This document shows positions 1 to 12,890 of a stretch of DNA of 64,000 bases, piece by piece. Below the pieces are notes generated by a model. It was not told where the DNA came from. It did no database searches and saw nothing but the letters and a program-made list of their open reading frames with translations. The position numbers were made by a program, and so were the translations under genes. How positions within the stretch are numbered: position 1 is the first letter of the stretch; each line of letters begins with the position of its first letter. This stretch comes from Vicugna vicugna (lineage: Eukaryota), in assembly GCA_013265495.1 (NCBI GenBank), contig MU057981.1:62001-126000 (forward strand). Reading direction: 5' to 3'.

Positions 1-659
1 TTGGAGCATGGAGAAGAAGCCCAAACGAAGACGTATATTTAGGAGTCCTTACATCGGTGAATCAGATTGGGGGTGGGGGTGGTAAATGTACATGACTTGG
101 GAGAGGGTAGAGTGACAAAGGGCCTCGTTCTGAGCATGAAGAAGCCAAACACTGACCAATACAAATGTATATAAAGTAGGAGGCATGGATGCCTGGCTAT
201 CCCTTCCCTCTAGAGAGGCAATTACTAAGAATTTGATGTAACTCCTACCCCATCATTTTGCAGAGCAGGGATCCAAGGCCTAGAAGGGTCAAATGAGTTA
301 CTCCGTCACATAGCTTATGAGTGCAGCTTTGGCCCTTCTGTCCAGGTATGCAGACTCCGAGTCCAGTGCTCAGGACATCTTGGCTCCCTCTCTGGTCCCA
401 CAGTGTGCCTGACTCCCTTCCCAACATGGGTCATTTGTGATGTCCCAGAAAGCCTATTTCTCTGTCTTTTCTCCCTGTTCCTCCCAAAGACCCAGCAAAA
501 GGTTATCTTTAGAGTCCAAGTCAGCTGTCATCTTTGTCAGCTGGCTCTGCTGGCCTTGGGTTGATGCACATGGAGACCAGGCCATATCGTACCCACCTCC
601 ACCCCATCTTCAGACAGAGGTGGGCAGGCTATTAACTTTCATTCATCTATTGATTTTCT

Positions 660-1920
660 TCAGCTCTACTTATTTACATTTTTTATGGTTAGTCCAGAAT
701 GTATATATAAACACATATACATATATAATGTATTATACACGTGTACATGTATTATATATGTGTAATGTATTATATACATACATCATATACATGTATATAT
801 GTGAGTGTTTTGTTTTTCAGTTTTTCACAGTCTACTTAGGGTTAATATTGTACCACTTTATGTAGAATGTGAAACAACATAATCAAAACATACAGGTACA
901 TTTACCACCCCCATCCCTGCTGTCCTTTATGTTATAATATCCATATGTCTTACAAGACAGTCATACACTTTTTCCTTTAAGCATTTGTATATATTTTAAA
1001 GATAGTGAGAGGAAAATATTTTATACTTACTCACAATAGTTACTGTTTCTCCTGCTCTTCCTTCATTCTTTAAGATCCAAGGATTCCTTTAATCTGAAAA
1101 ACTTCCTTTAGTATCTCTTATCATGCAGGTCTTTGGGCAATATATTCTCTAAGTTTTCCTTTATCAGATAAATGTCTGTATTTTGCATTCATTCATGAAA
1201 GGTATTTTTGTTGGATGTACAAGTCCAGGTTTACAGTTTTTTTTTTCTTTCAGCATTTTAGAGACATTATCTCATTGTCTTCTGGTTGCCATGGTTTCTG
1301 ATGAGGAATCCCACAGTCATTTGAATCGTTCTGAGATAGATACAGATATAGTTATAAAGATATAGTGATTTTTCTCTAGCCACTTTCAAGACTTTCTCAT
1401 TATTTTTCAGTTTTAGCCTGACTATGATGTGCTTTTTTACTCCCAGTACATCTTGTTTGAGATACTCTAAGATTCTTAAATCTGTAAATCTATGTCTTTC
1501 AGTATTATTTGGGAATTTTTCAACCACAATTCTCCAAATATTATTTCCTGTCCCTTTTTTCCCCTCCTTCCAGGACTATAGTTACCTTGTGTAGATCTTG
1601 AGAAATTGTCCCACAGTTCCTGAGGCTTTGTTCATTATTTTCCTCATTTTTTTCTTTCCCTCAGATCTATGTTTAAATTCATTGATTCATTTGCTATCTC
1701 CATTCTGCTAAAAAAGAAAAAGTCCCTCAAGAGACTTCTTTCTGATATTGTGTATTTTAGCTCTACACTTTTTTAATAATCTCTTTTTATATTTTCTAAT
1801 TCTCAGCTGAGTTGTCTTATGTCTCATCATAAGCATATTTTTCTTTATGTCATTGAACATAGTCATAATAGGTGCTATTGTAAGTCTGAGTCATCTTCCG
1901 GTTGGCATCTTTTTTTTCCC
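660..1920 (-). mobile_element. Old L1 (L1M-type) fragment
   Basis: T-rich degenerate L1-like sequence. The minus-strand ORF 1267-1527 (HIIVRLKLKNNEKVLKVAREK) resembles L1 ORF1p. Confidence 0.65.
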
Positions 1921-1964
1921 TATGGAAGTGAGTCACAATTCTCTGACATTTATAAAGCCAAAAC

Positions 1965-2170
1965 TGATCTTTGAGCCAGAAAACATGGTTTGAGTCCTGA
2001 GTCTGCCAATTAGCAATTTGGGGTAAAAGTTACTTTCCCTCTTTGAGGCTCTGTACCATTATTTGTCAAATGGGAACAGGATATTCTACTTGGTCTGTAT
2101 CACATGACTATTGTAAAGATCAAAGGAAAAATATTATACTGAAGGTGCTTTAATAAATTTCTACAGTCCT
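1965..2170 (+). mobile_element. MIR SINE fragment
   Basis: MIR core-like text: ggtttgagtcctgagtctgcca...ttactttccctctttgaggctctg...tgtcaaatggg. Confidence 0.6.
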
Positions 2171-2409
2171 ATAAAATGTAACAAAAGAAAAGTTACTATA
2201 AAAGCTGATGACCTAGAATAAATTATTCTGGATCTTGGTAAAACACCTTTATCTGATTTAGGGGAAAAAATCTATTCCAATAATACACAACATGCCAAAT
2301 GTAATTAGCAATGAATGGGACTAGTTCCATCCAGTTAATAATGCAAGTGGTGGGATTTTTGCATTAAAATCTAATCAATGTAATACATACATAAAGAGCA
2401 CAAACTTGA

Positions 2410-2610
2410 ATGGCAGTGAGACTGAAATGTAAACCTGGCTCTGCTACATAACCTGGGTGAGGTGTTTGCTTTGTGAGCCTCAGTTTTCTAATCTGTGAAA
2501 CAGGGATAAGAACCTACCTCTTAGTAAGATTGTGAAAATTAGATGATATTAAATATGTACAGTGCTCAGAACAGCAGTTGGCACCCAGTGGATACTTGAT
2601 AAATGCCCAT
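2410..2610 (+). mobile_element. MIR SINE fragment
   Basis: MIR core: cctggctctgctac...gagcctcagttttctaatctgtgaaacagggataa...cagtgctcagaacag. Confidence 0.7.
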
Positions 2611-3326
2611 TTGCTCTCTTCTCCCCTGAAGTTCCTAATAAAAATGGGAATGGAGATATAGCTTGTTTTCTTATAGTGCCTATTTCTTTGATGAAAACTC
2701 ACTCAATAGATGGCTGGTAAATGAGGGAATGATGTCAGGATAAAGTGGAAGGGCTATAGTTCTCATGTGATCTTTCCCGGCACAGTCATGTCATAAAACC
2801 GTCAGGGGCAAGGCTGCTGACAATTAAAGAGGAAGCCTTAGCATCATAAAAAGACCATAAGAAGACTGACAAGTTGAATACTGACAGAAAGACTTTTCTT
2901 TAGCACAGATAGTGGCTGGTTTAGTGGTTTCCAGAAACCACTCTGTTTTCCACTCTGTTTTCTGGTGAAGCTGAAAGCAAAGCTGAGCAGACTGGAAGCA
3001 TTTCCTCTATGTTAAACTAGATTTTCTTGGCAAAGATGTCTATATTCAGGGTCAGATTTCTAATTTTAATGAAACTGATCTCTTTGAGACAGGAATGTTC
3101 CCAGGACCTCTATCTCCAAAGAACAGACACAAAATCCAGGATTTTGGTTACAAAGGAGCAACTGACTGATACACTTGTCCAAATGCAGGTTTTAATTTAC
3201 CTGTGCTGCTATTTTTGTTAGGATTGTTGTGTTTTTGTTACATTTTGAGCAGTCTTCCTCAAATGTGTTTTTTTCCCATAGTCTCTGCTATTTTACTGTG
3301 CTATTTTGCAGAGTAGGGTTCCCCCC

Positions 3327-3328
<2 letters not shown>

Positions 3329-3399
<71 letters not shown>

Positions 3400-3407
3400 T
3401 GAGAGAG
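3329..3407. repeat. Compound (TA)n(GA)n microsatellite
   Basis: Directly visible. Confidence 0.95.
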
Positions 3408-4339
3408 TATTAGAGCAGAAAGGCCTGTACTGGGAAATGAGAGTCCACTCAGTCACCTATAGGAAGCATATGCTCCTTCAGACATAATACGTAGTTGAAT
3501 CATCAGTAGGCCTAACCATCTAAGACAGGGAATATTTTTAGAATTTTTAATAAGATCAAAATTAAAGCAATTATGTTAGAATATGTATGTGAGTCAAAGG
3601 AAGGAAAAAGGTGAGTCACTAGAATGCCTTTCAACACATGTGGTCGGTAACGCCAGCTTCACATCCTAGGGTTTGTAGAAATTGGCTCGGGGCACTGCTG
3701 GGGTGATGGGGAGACCAGGCTCCAGGCCACCACCAAATATCCACCACGGCAGTTCCTCCCTTCTGCTTTAATGAAGTTTTACTAAGGTTCCCTTCAGTCA
3801 AGGGTTTTGTCAGTACAAGTACAGTATGTGAAGACTCTAGGTCATCAATTGTGATGACAGTGGCTCATTTTATGTGGTCAACATTCTATTCCACGAATCA
3901 TACTTCTTCCAGGCCTGGAAGAGACTCTACAGACCATGTTCAATATTGGTCCTTAAGGAAGATTCAGGGAAATTTTATATTATTTTAGGACCTCTGAGTC
4001 TAGGATCTTGTCCATGCTGTGTTTTCCTCACAGCCCACAATTGAAACCATGCTAGACGTGCTTGGGGCGCTCCTCATTGGCGTCTCTGTAAGAACAACTC
4101 AAAAGGAAATGCCATTACTTGGTCAGAGAATTCCTTTACATATCCAATCAAGTGAAAATGGGATTTTAAAGAACTGTTTATTTAGATAAATTTCTCTAAA
4201 AATTTAATGAAGACATCTAGATCATGAGTAAGATTCTTAATTTTGTCCAAACCAACCTTGATGAGAAGTACCTGCTTTCCAGGACCTGTGGTCCACGGCT
4301 GGGTTTTAGTCGTCACATCTCTTCCGTATCCTAGAGCTT

Positions 4340-4800
4340 CAGTCTGGAACATTTCCAATGACATTAACATATTTTTAAAAGAATACAGTCACTTTTTAAA
4401 AATTATATAGAGCATTCTTACTTTCAGGTTTTCCTGGTGATCCTTACAATCAGATTCAGTTTCTACATTCTTGGCCATAGCCTTACATAAGTGGTGTGTG
4501 TCCTTTCTAGTGTATCACATGTCAAGACACAAGATGTCCATCCACTCCTCATGGGAGTTATTGATTCTGATCACCCAGTTGAGGTTTTCTCCAAGTTCTC
4601 CAATGTATATTTGCATGCAGTATGTATTACATATTTTTTCACTTGTGACTGATAAGCAGTCTACAGGAAGGCAGGCTATGTGAATATCCTGTTCTTCAAA
4701 ACCCCTCACCCCCAGGTTTAGCATCCACTGATGATTCTTGTCTAACCAGTCTGTATTATCATGACTGCTAAATGACATTTTCCAACTCTAGCCACCAGGC
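4340..4800 (-). mobile_element. Old L1 3' end (L1MC-like) fragment
   Basis: Motifs such as gacattaacatatttttaaaagaatacagtc are typical of L1MC 3' UTRs and resemble the reverse complement of 12.6 kb. Confidence 0.5.
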
Positions 4801-4969
4801 CAACACTTGTCATTGACAAGGGAATATTTTGAATAATAGTTCTGTAACCCAATCCAATGTTCCTTTGTCCTGTTTAGAAAGTCAACTGAAAAATATTTTG
4901 AAGATCACATTGTCTATGATTTTTGTCCTGGAACTTTGGGAATGACCTTTAGCCAAAAATATTAAGATT

Positions 4970-5280
4970 CTCATCTGATAATTTGATAGAGATTGCATTA
5001 AATCTGTAGAATTCTTTGGGTTGTATGTCCATTTTAATAATATTAATTTTCCCAATCCAAAAGCAATGGATATCTTTACATTTAAGTCATTTTTAATTTC
5101 CTTAGTCAGTGTTTTGTAGTTCTCCATGTGTAAGTCTTTCACTTCCTTATTCAGATTTATTCCTAAGTATTTTATTTTTTTAGATGCAATTTTAAAAGGG
5201 GTTATTTCTTTACTTTTCTTTTCTGGTATATCATTGTTAGTGTAAAGAAATGCAGTTGGTTTCTGTATGTTAAACTTGCA
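4970..5280 (-). mobile_element. L1 ORF2 fragment
   Basis: The minus-strand translation [20 protein letters not shown] matches L1 ORF2p. Confidence 0.85.
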
Positions 5281-8200
5281 CTGAGATATTGTTATGAGGG
5301 AATAATTTTAGATGCCATCATGATGACTTCTAATAAGATCCACAGGAGATTCTCAACTAGACTAAATACTTCTGTCTTGATGCTTCCTTCTTCCCGTCTC
5401 ATTTACCTTCACTAAATTTGGGTTCTATTGGTGAACAGGTATCTTCAGGGGAAAGATAGATATTTCTCAAACTTTTTTTTCTTTCTAGATTAGAATTAAA
5501 AGGACATTAACTGAATACTTACCATGTGGCAGACATATGTTAGATTATTTCATTGAATTCTCACTCTCACTGAGAGAGATGATGTTTTTCATGATTGATG
5601 AAAAATAAACCAGCTGAGAGATTAAATAACTTGGCAAAATCACTCATGCCAGTAAATGAAGAATCTAAGAGGGGAATTTAGTTCATCTTGATTTCAAGCC
5701 CAGCGCTCTTTCCACTGCTGTACAGGTATTGCATATTCACCCTCAAGCATAATCACTCAAGAATTGAAAGCTACACCTAAACCATTTATCTTTAATTCAG
5801 CATGGACAGTTTTTAATCTCTGTTGCACTACATTTTCTTTGCACCTGTCCCCATATGTGGAAGACTCATATATCTAAGTATCCATCTTTAGTGTTTCACC
5901 TATTCCTCTTCCTGAATGACATATTTCTAGTGCCCAACTGGATTCCTTACTTTTTTTGAGCACTGAACAAGCTTCTTTTGCCAATGTTATCATTTCCATC
6001 TTGAAACCATGAGCTTATTTTCGATCCTTTTCTCAATCATTTCACAAATAATCCTTGAGCACTGTTATGACTTCTCTATCTCTTATATGCAATTGGCCAC
6101 TGGATTTTCTTTATCTTTGTTTAAATCTATGTGCTTTAATCTTTGATGTGACTATTCAGTTTGACATTTCCACTCAGTTCCTAGATCACTGCTTCCTACA
6201 GCCCACCCCTATATTAGTGCAGTAGCCTTTGGCCAGTATCCCTGCCATTGATATACCTTGGGGACTATTGCCACCCTCTTCTATTAAACATCTAAATCAA
6301 TTTAGGTGTTCAATTCACACACCACCTCTTTGGGGATGCCTTCTTTTGCCTCCCAGGACTAAACTAGTTAGCCCAAAGTACTCTATTCAATACTTTAAAA
6401 AAGATTTTTAAAAGATTGCTATAAAAGAAATTTAGCAAATTGTTGTATTGTGGTGATCATAAACATAAACTTACTGGACCAAAAAAAAAAAAAACAAAAC
6501 TAAAATCCCACAAAACTCCTAATAACATTTAAATGTGTTCTTATGACTTTGAATAAATTTTCCAATGATAGTCTTATTCATGGATTAAAACATTTCTGTA
6601 TCTCAATCTACATAAAGTTGAAGAATATGAGCTCCAGAGATCTGTGCAGTTACTCAAAGAGTAACACTAGGGGTGCCAATGGCATTGACACTGAAGATGA
6701 ATGTGAGAATGAAAAATAAGCAACACTTTAAAATTAATGTGTTACATATTCATTTCATTAACTATGTTAAAATACAAGACTATATGTATATTGGTAAACC
6801 TCACATCATAAGTAAATATTTATGTCATTCTATCATTAAATGTTTGAGGCAGCCAAAAATGCTGTTATTTTAGTTTTTGCTTTTTACCATTAGGATATTT
6901 GACTATTTTCCTGTGTTAAGTGATGTCCTTTATTTGCATATACGTGGAATTTTGACAGTCCTGAGGAACAAATCACTTCTCATATTCCTTGTCCCCCTTT
7001 CGTCCCAGGATAATGTAATAATAACAAACAAGCAGGACTAAGGATGGAGAGCTTACTGTGAGTTAAACATTGTATGTTCATTATTTTATTTTATTCTCAC
7101 AACAACTCCATGAAATATGTACTGTAATTAACACCATTTCATAGATAAGAAAGCTAAAACAGAGTAAGTAACTTGATGTAGGTCCCATCACTAGTAAATA
7201 AAGAGATGAGATGTGGTCCCAGGTCTTTCTAAGTGCAGATCTGAAGATTTTCCCTACTGTGCTGTATTACTATAGCATTTATAAAATTAAACATCCTGAG
7301 AGGGTCCTGGAAATTTCAACCAAATGGAGATACTTTGAAAGTCTGACATTAAGATTAAATTTGTGAATCTATAAGGTTTTGGATTGTCCAGCAAATTCGG
7401 AATTAAATTAATATTCTATTTGTGTCAGAAATGTCCTTGATGTTTATAACACTGTCTCTTGTTGTATCACCAGGCTTTCTCTCACAAACCTACTTTAGCT
7501 TTCTTATTAAAGTTTGGGTTCTAATAACCAACATGTTTTTCTAATAAGACAACGGGCATAAGCCTTCAAGAACATGTCAAAAATGCTTAGCCCTCTGGAA
7601 CCAATTCTTTTTGGTAGCAAATCCCTTTCCCCAAAGAAACATGAGTTAGTTCTTTCACTTGTCAAATGTTATATCTTAAAATAAAGAGATGCCATTTTCC
7701 AAATGAAGTTATACCTGATAATTAACAATTTCTGGCCTTAGTTTATAAACAGATTATACACATTAACCAGTTCTCTTAATTATCTCCAGCCTATTTATTC
7801 TTAATGGAGGGGAAAGTGTTAACCAGACCAGATAATAAGCTTTCTGGCTCTTCCAGTAGCGAACAGAACTCCTCTAATTTTGGTCTCCCTGCAGCAATCT
7901 ATACCTGTTTTTGAAAATGAAAGAATAAGTGAAGGCTTTAAAAATAGATTTCCAGGAAACTTTAGTACACATTCCTAACATTAATGAAACTATAAAGAAA
8001 AGGATTCTCTAAGATGGGCTCTCACACACACTATTCAGAGACATCACATACTTCAAAGTAAACAATATGAAAAATAAACATCAAATCTGAAGTCTAGAAA
8101 TCCCTGGGTGAGCACTGAGCTAACAAAAACACAATGCCATTCTGAATAACGTGTTGTCTTAGGAGTTCTCTTGTCATGAAGTTCTACACAGCGTATCACA

Positions 8201-10569
8201 CTCTTCTTCATAAACAAGTGGTTATTTTTGATGTAGCTATCATTTAGCATATAATTATAAATATAAGTATATTAAAATTCTTAGACACTTCTGAGTCTAT
8301 TTCAAGCCAAAGGAAATAAAGGAGAAGGAGAAGTTTGCACTGATTTAGGTGAAGATCTGTATAGTGTGTTGGGAATTGATATTCACATTTGATGGTTGAG
8401 TAGCACTCATTTTCTGTGACTAACTAATCAGCTGGGTTTTGTGGATGGATTTCATTATGCTATGAGAGCCAAAATTATATTTTTACATTATTAAATACAA
8501 TGCATTGCAAGATGCCATTTTAAGAGTTATATATCCAATATAAAATAAAATGAATAATTAAGGAGAGAAACAATTTTCCAAGGGCCCATATTAGAAGAAA
8601 ATATAACAGCTATGTTAGCTATTGATTTTTTACTGCATCTTCAAACCTACTGAATCCTGATTTGGTAGAAAGAACCTTTAGTTTACATTCAGCTCCCAAT
8701 GTTACAATTGCAGATTTGTGTCAACTTAACTTTTCTCTAAGTTGGCTTATTTATCTATAACATGGGATAGTGATATTTCTACCACATGGTTGGTGCCAAA
8801 ATTAAATGAGATAGTTTGGGGAAGTGTCTATGCATAGTGATTAGCACAGGAAAGGCACTCAACAAATGATGAAAAGGAGAAGTTACAACTGACACCACAG
8901 AAACAAAAATAATCATTTATATCACTATGAACAATTATATGCCAATAGTATAGACAACTTAGAAGAAATGGACAAATTCCTAAATGTACAATATCCCAAG
9001 GTTCAATTAGGAAGAAATAGAAAATGTAAACAGACCAGTTACTAGTAATAAAATTAAATCAGTAATAATAATAATAAAAAAAATCCCAAGAAACAAGAGT
9101 TCAGAATCAGACAGCTTCACAGGTGAAACTTAATCCTCTCAAACTGGTTTTAAAAATTTCAGAGGAAATTACACTTCCAAACTCATTCTATGAGGCCAGC
9201 ACCACCCTGATACTAATATTAGGCAAAGACACCACAAAAACAAAACAAAACAAAACAAAACAAAGAAACAAACAAAAAACCTACAGGCCAATATCATTAA
9301 TGAACATAGATACAAATATCCTCAATAAAACATTGGCAAACCAAATTCAACCATACAGTAAAATGATCACACACCATGATCAAGTGGGATTTATCCCATG
9401 GGTTTAAGAATGGTTCAGTATTTGCAAGTCAGTCAATGTGATATCCCAGATTAACACATTGAAGAATAAAAATCATATGATAAACTCATAGATACAGAAA
9501 AATATTTTGATAAGATTCAACATCCATTTACAATTAAAAACCCCAAACAAAGTGAGTAAATAGGAAACAGGTCTCAACATAATAAAAGCCATGTATGACA
9601 AATCCACAGTTAACAGCATACTCAATGGTGGAAAGTTGCTAACATTTCTCTGAAGTCAGGAGCAAGACAAGGTTGCCCACTTTCAACACGTTAATTCAAC
9701 ATAATATTAGAAGTCCTAGCCACAGTAATTAGATAAGAAAAAGAAATGAATCAATCCAAATTGGAAAGGAAGAAGTAAAACTTTCGCACCTGTTTGCAGA
9801 TGACATGACACTATGTTTAGAGAATCCTAAAGATGCCACCAGATAACTATTAGAAGTCACCAATTAGTTCAGTAAAGTTGTAGAATATAAATTTAATATA
9901 CAGAAATCTTTATATCTATTGCATTTCTACTCACTAACAATGAGCTATCAGAGAGAGAAACCAAGAAAACAAGCCCATTTACAATTTCATCAAAAAGAAT
10001 AAAATACCTAGGAATAAATGTAACTAATGAGGTGTGAGACATTTGCTCAACAAAACAAAAAACACCAAAACTATAAAATATTGTTAAAAATTAGAAGCCA
10101 ACATAAACAAATGGTAGGATATACTGTGCTCATGGATTGGTAATCCACAGATTCAATGCAATATCCATCAAAATACCAATGATGTTTTTTCACAGAACTA
10201 GGACAAAAGCTAATATTTGTATGGAAACACAAAAGATCTTGAATAGCCAAAACAATCTTGAGAAAGAAGCAAAGCTGGAGATATCCCACTCTTTGATTTC
10301 AAACTATATTACAAAGCTACAGTAACAAAAACAGTATGGTATTGACATTAAAAAACAAACAGACCCATAGTTGAAATAGGCTTGAAAGTCCAGGGATAAA
10401 CCCAACATAAAATGATCAATTAATCAATGACAAAGGAGGCAAGAATGTGCAATGGCAAAAAGACAGCCTTTTCAACAAACTGTGTTGGGGAAACCAAACA
10501 GTTACATGCTAAATAATCAAACTGGACTACTTTCTCACACTATATATAAAAATAAACTCAAAATGGATT

Positions 10570-10646
10570 TATTTTACTTTATTTTTGAAGTATATTCAGT
10601 TTACAGTGTTGTGTCAATTTCTGATGTACAGCATAATGTTTCAGTC
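10570..10646 (-). mobile_element. Very short L1 3'-tail insertion within an L1
   Basis: Matches the L1 extreme 3' end also seen at 32420-32490 and 38270-38340. Flanked by imperfect repeats aaatggattta / aagttgattta. Confidence 0.7.
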
Positions 10647-10986
10647 AAAGTTGATTTAAATGTAAGTACTGAAACTATAAAACTCCTAGAAGAAAACATA
10701 GACAATACACTCTTTGACATCAGTCTTATAAATACTTTATTGGATTTGTCTTCTCCAGCAAGGAAAACAAAAGCAAATATAATGAAAAGGGACCAAATCA
10801 ATCTAAAAAGCTTCTGCACAGAGAATGAAACTATAATCAAAACAGAAAGTTGCCTACTGAATGGAAGAAGATATTTGCAAACTTCATGTCTGATACGGGA
10901 CTAACATCCAAAACATACAAATAACTCATATAATTCAACATGAAAAAAACCCAACAAATTCATTTAAAAAAATGAGCAGAGGACTG

Positions 10987-11515
10987 GCGCGGGCCGCCGG
11001 CGGGGCCGTGCGGGAGGAGGCACCCAGGCGGAGGGCCCGGATCCTTTTTAAGTTTTCTCCCGGCCACCGTTACTTGGAAGGGGAGTGTGTGTCTGTGTGT
11101 GTGGAGAGAGCTTGCAGGTCCCACTCCCCGACTCACCGCGGGCGATCACAGTTCCGGCCGAAAGGAGAAAGGAGATGAAGCTCCTGGCGGCTCGGCCCGT
11201 CCGGAAGCGGCGCCGCGCCCCTGCCGCCAGGCCCCGCGCCTGCTCCCCGTCCAGGTGCGGAGGCTGCAGGCGGGCCGCGGGGGAGGTGGGGGGCGAGCGA
11301 GCGGCCGGGCCCCCTAGGAGGCTGGCGGCGCGGAGGCCGCGGGCTACCGGGGTGACCCGAGCAGGGGACTTGAGTCATCCTAAGAGTGTGAGGGACGCGT
11401 CCTTCAAGCCTCGGAACCCGCAGCTTCGAGTCTTGGAAAAAGTGTTGGGCTCTGAGTTTTCTTGAGCGCTCGAAAGAAAAACCAGTAATTGCTGCGGGGG
11501 TTTTGGTCGTTTCGA
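10987..11515 (-). promoter_or_regulatory. CpG-island/promoter-like segment with putative first exon and splice donor
   Basis: Very GC- and CpG-rich. Contains an ETS-type CCGGAAG (11201-11207), TGAGTCA (11371-11377), a MYB-type CCGTTA (11067-11072) and a minus-strand donor GCG|GTGAGT (11136-11131). Confidence 0.6.
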
Positions 11516-12534
11516 TTGTATTTTAATTGCACTTTCCTAGAAGTTCTAGAACCAGAGCCAAAGACACTTTAATTCGGGGGAGGGGGCAGGAGAAGGAGAA
11601 ACTTCTGTTTCTATCTTGTTAAAGAAATGTTTGTTTAATTTCCCCCTAGGGGAAAAAAAAGTGTGTTAACACTCACATATTTCTCACAACGTAAGATATT
11701 TATTTAAACATGCTAGCGCTTTAATGTCCAAAACATGACGGCATTTTTCTGATCCCTGTCCAAAGTGTCCATCTCCCTGCCAGTTTCTTCCTTGAAACAA
11801 CTCTTACTCCCCAGAAAAATCATTTTTATTCTCTGTTTCCAGTATGAGCACTGTAGTTACAGTGAGAGCCTTAAAAAAAATAGCTTCTTTTAAGAAGTAC
11901 AGGCTTCTCTACAGATAAGATATTTTTGCCGGTTCCTTTCCCCTCACTCATCATTTTAAAATATCTGAAATATTGTAAATCAACTATACTTCAATTAAAA
12001 AACACCCTGAAATATTTGGGAGATAGCATCAATTCAAAATCTTTACCACGTCAAAAGCCAAAAGTACTTCTTACTAAATCAGAATTGAAGTATTTTCTCT
12101 CCATTGTCTATATTATTAAGAGAAGTAAATTAGGATTTTTAAAAACGGAGAGACTATAGTTTTAATTTCTTCAAGGGTAAGTAATAAGAAATCACTGAAC
12201 CTTAATACTTTACAGTAGTCCTCTTTAAGAAACTGTTTCCACACTAAATGTTAAAACAATTGGAGAAATGAGTTTAGCGCAATGGAGCCATTATTAAGTA
12301 AAATTCACTTCTCTTTGAAACCACTATGAAATGCAGGCCCAACAATTGCTTTTGAAATTATGTATTTTATACAAAAATATTTTTAGAAATGTATTTAATG
12401 AAATGCATATGTACATATTTTAATAGAAATACAATGCTTTATAAACTTATGGATATGATAAGTGTGAATAACTTGAGTCCAGGAACCAGTGGGTGGCAGA
12501 GAAGGTATAACAATACATCCTTGCACCAACCTTG

Positions 12535-12890
12535 AGGAGCTTTAACCTGAATCTAATCACGAGGAAGCATCAGACAAACACAAATAGAGGGAAATTCTAC
12601 AAAATAACTGGACTGTATTCTTAAAACATTGTCAGTGTCATAAAAGTAAGACAAAACTTGCAGATTAAAGGAAACTAAAGACATGACAACTAAATGCAAT
12701 ATGTGACCCTGGACTGAATACTGGAGGAGGAAAATGTTATAAAGGGCATTATTGGGATGATTGATGTCACTGGAATATGAACTGTAGTTTAAGTATGTTA
12801 TTCATGTTAAATTTCCAGAATGTGTTATGTATGAGAATATCCTTGTTCATAAGAAAACACACTGAAATATTAAAGGATAAAGGAACATTA
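12535..12890 (+). mobile_element. Old L1MC/ME-like 3' fragment inside the captured segment
   Basis: aacctgaatctaatcacgaggaagcatcagacaaac...taaatgcaatatgtgaccctggactg is typical of old L1M 3' UTRs. Confidence 0.65.

Noticed and set aside
10972..11465. Arg/Pro/Gly-rich ORFs
   Set aside because: Expected by chance in a GC-rich island, with no recognisable protein.
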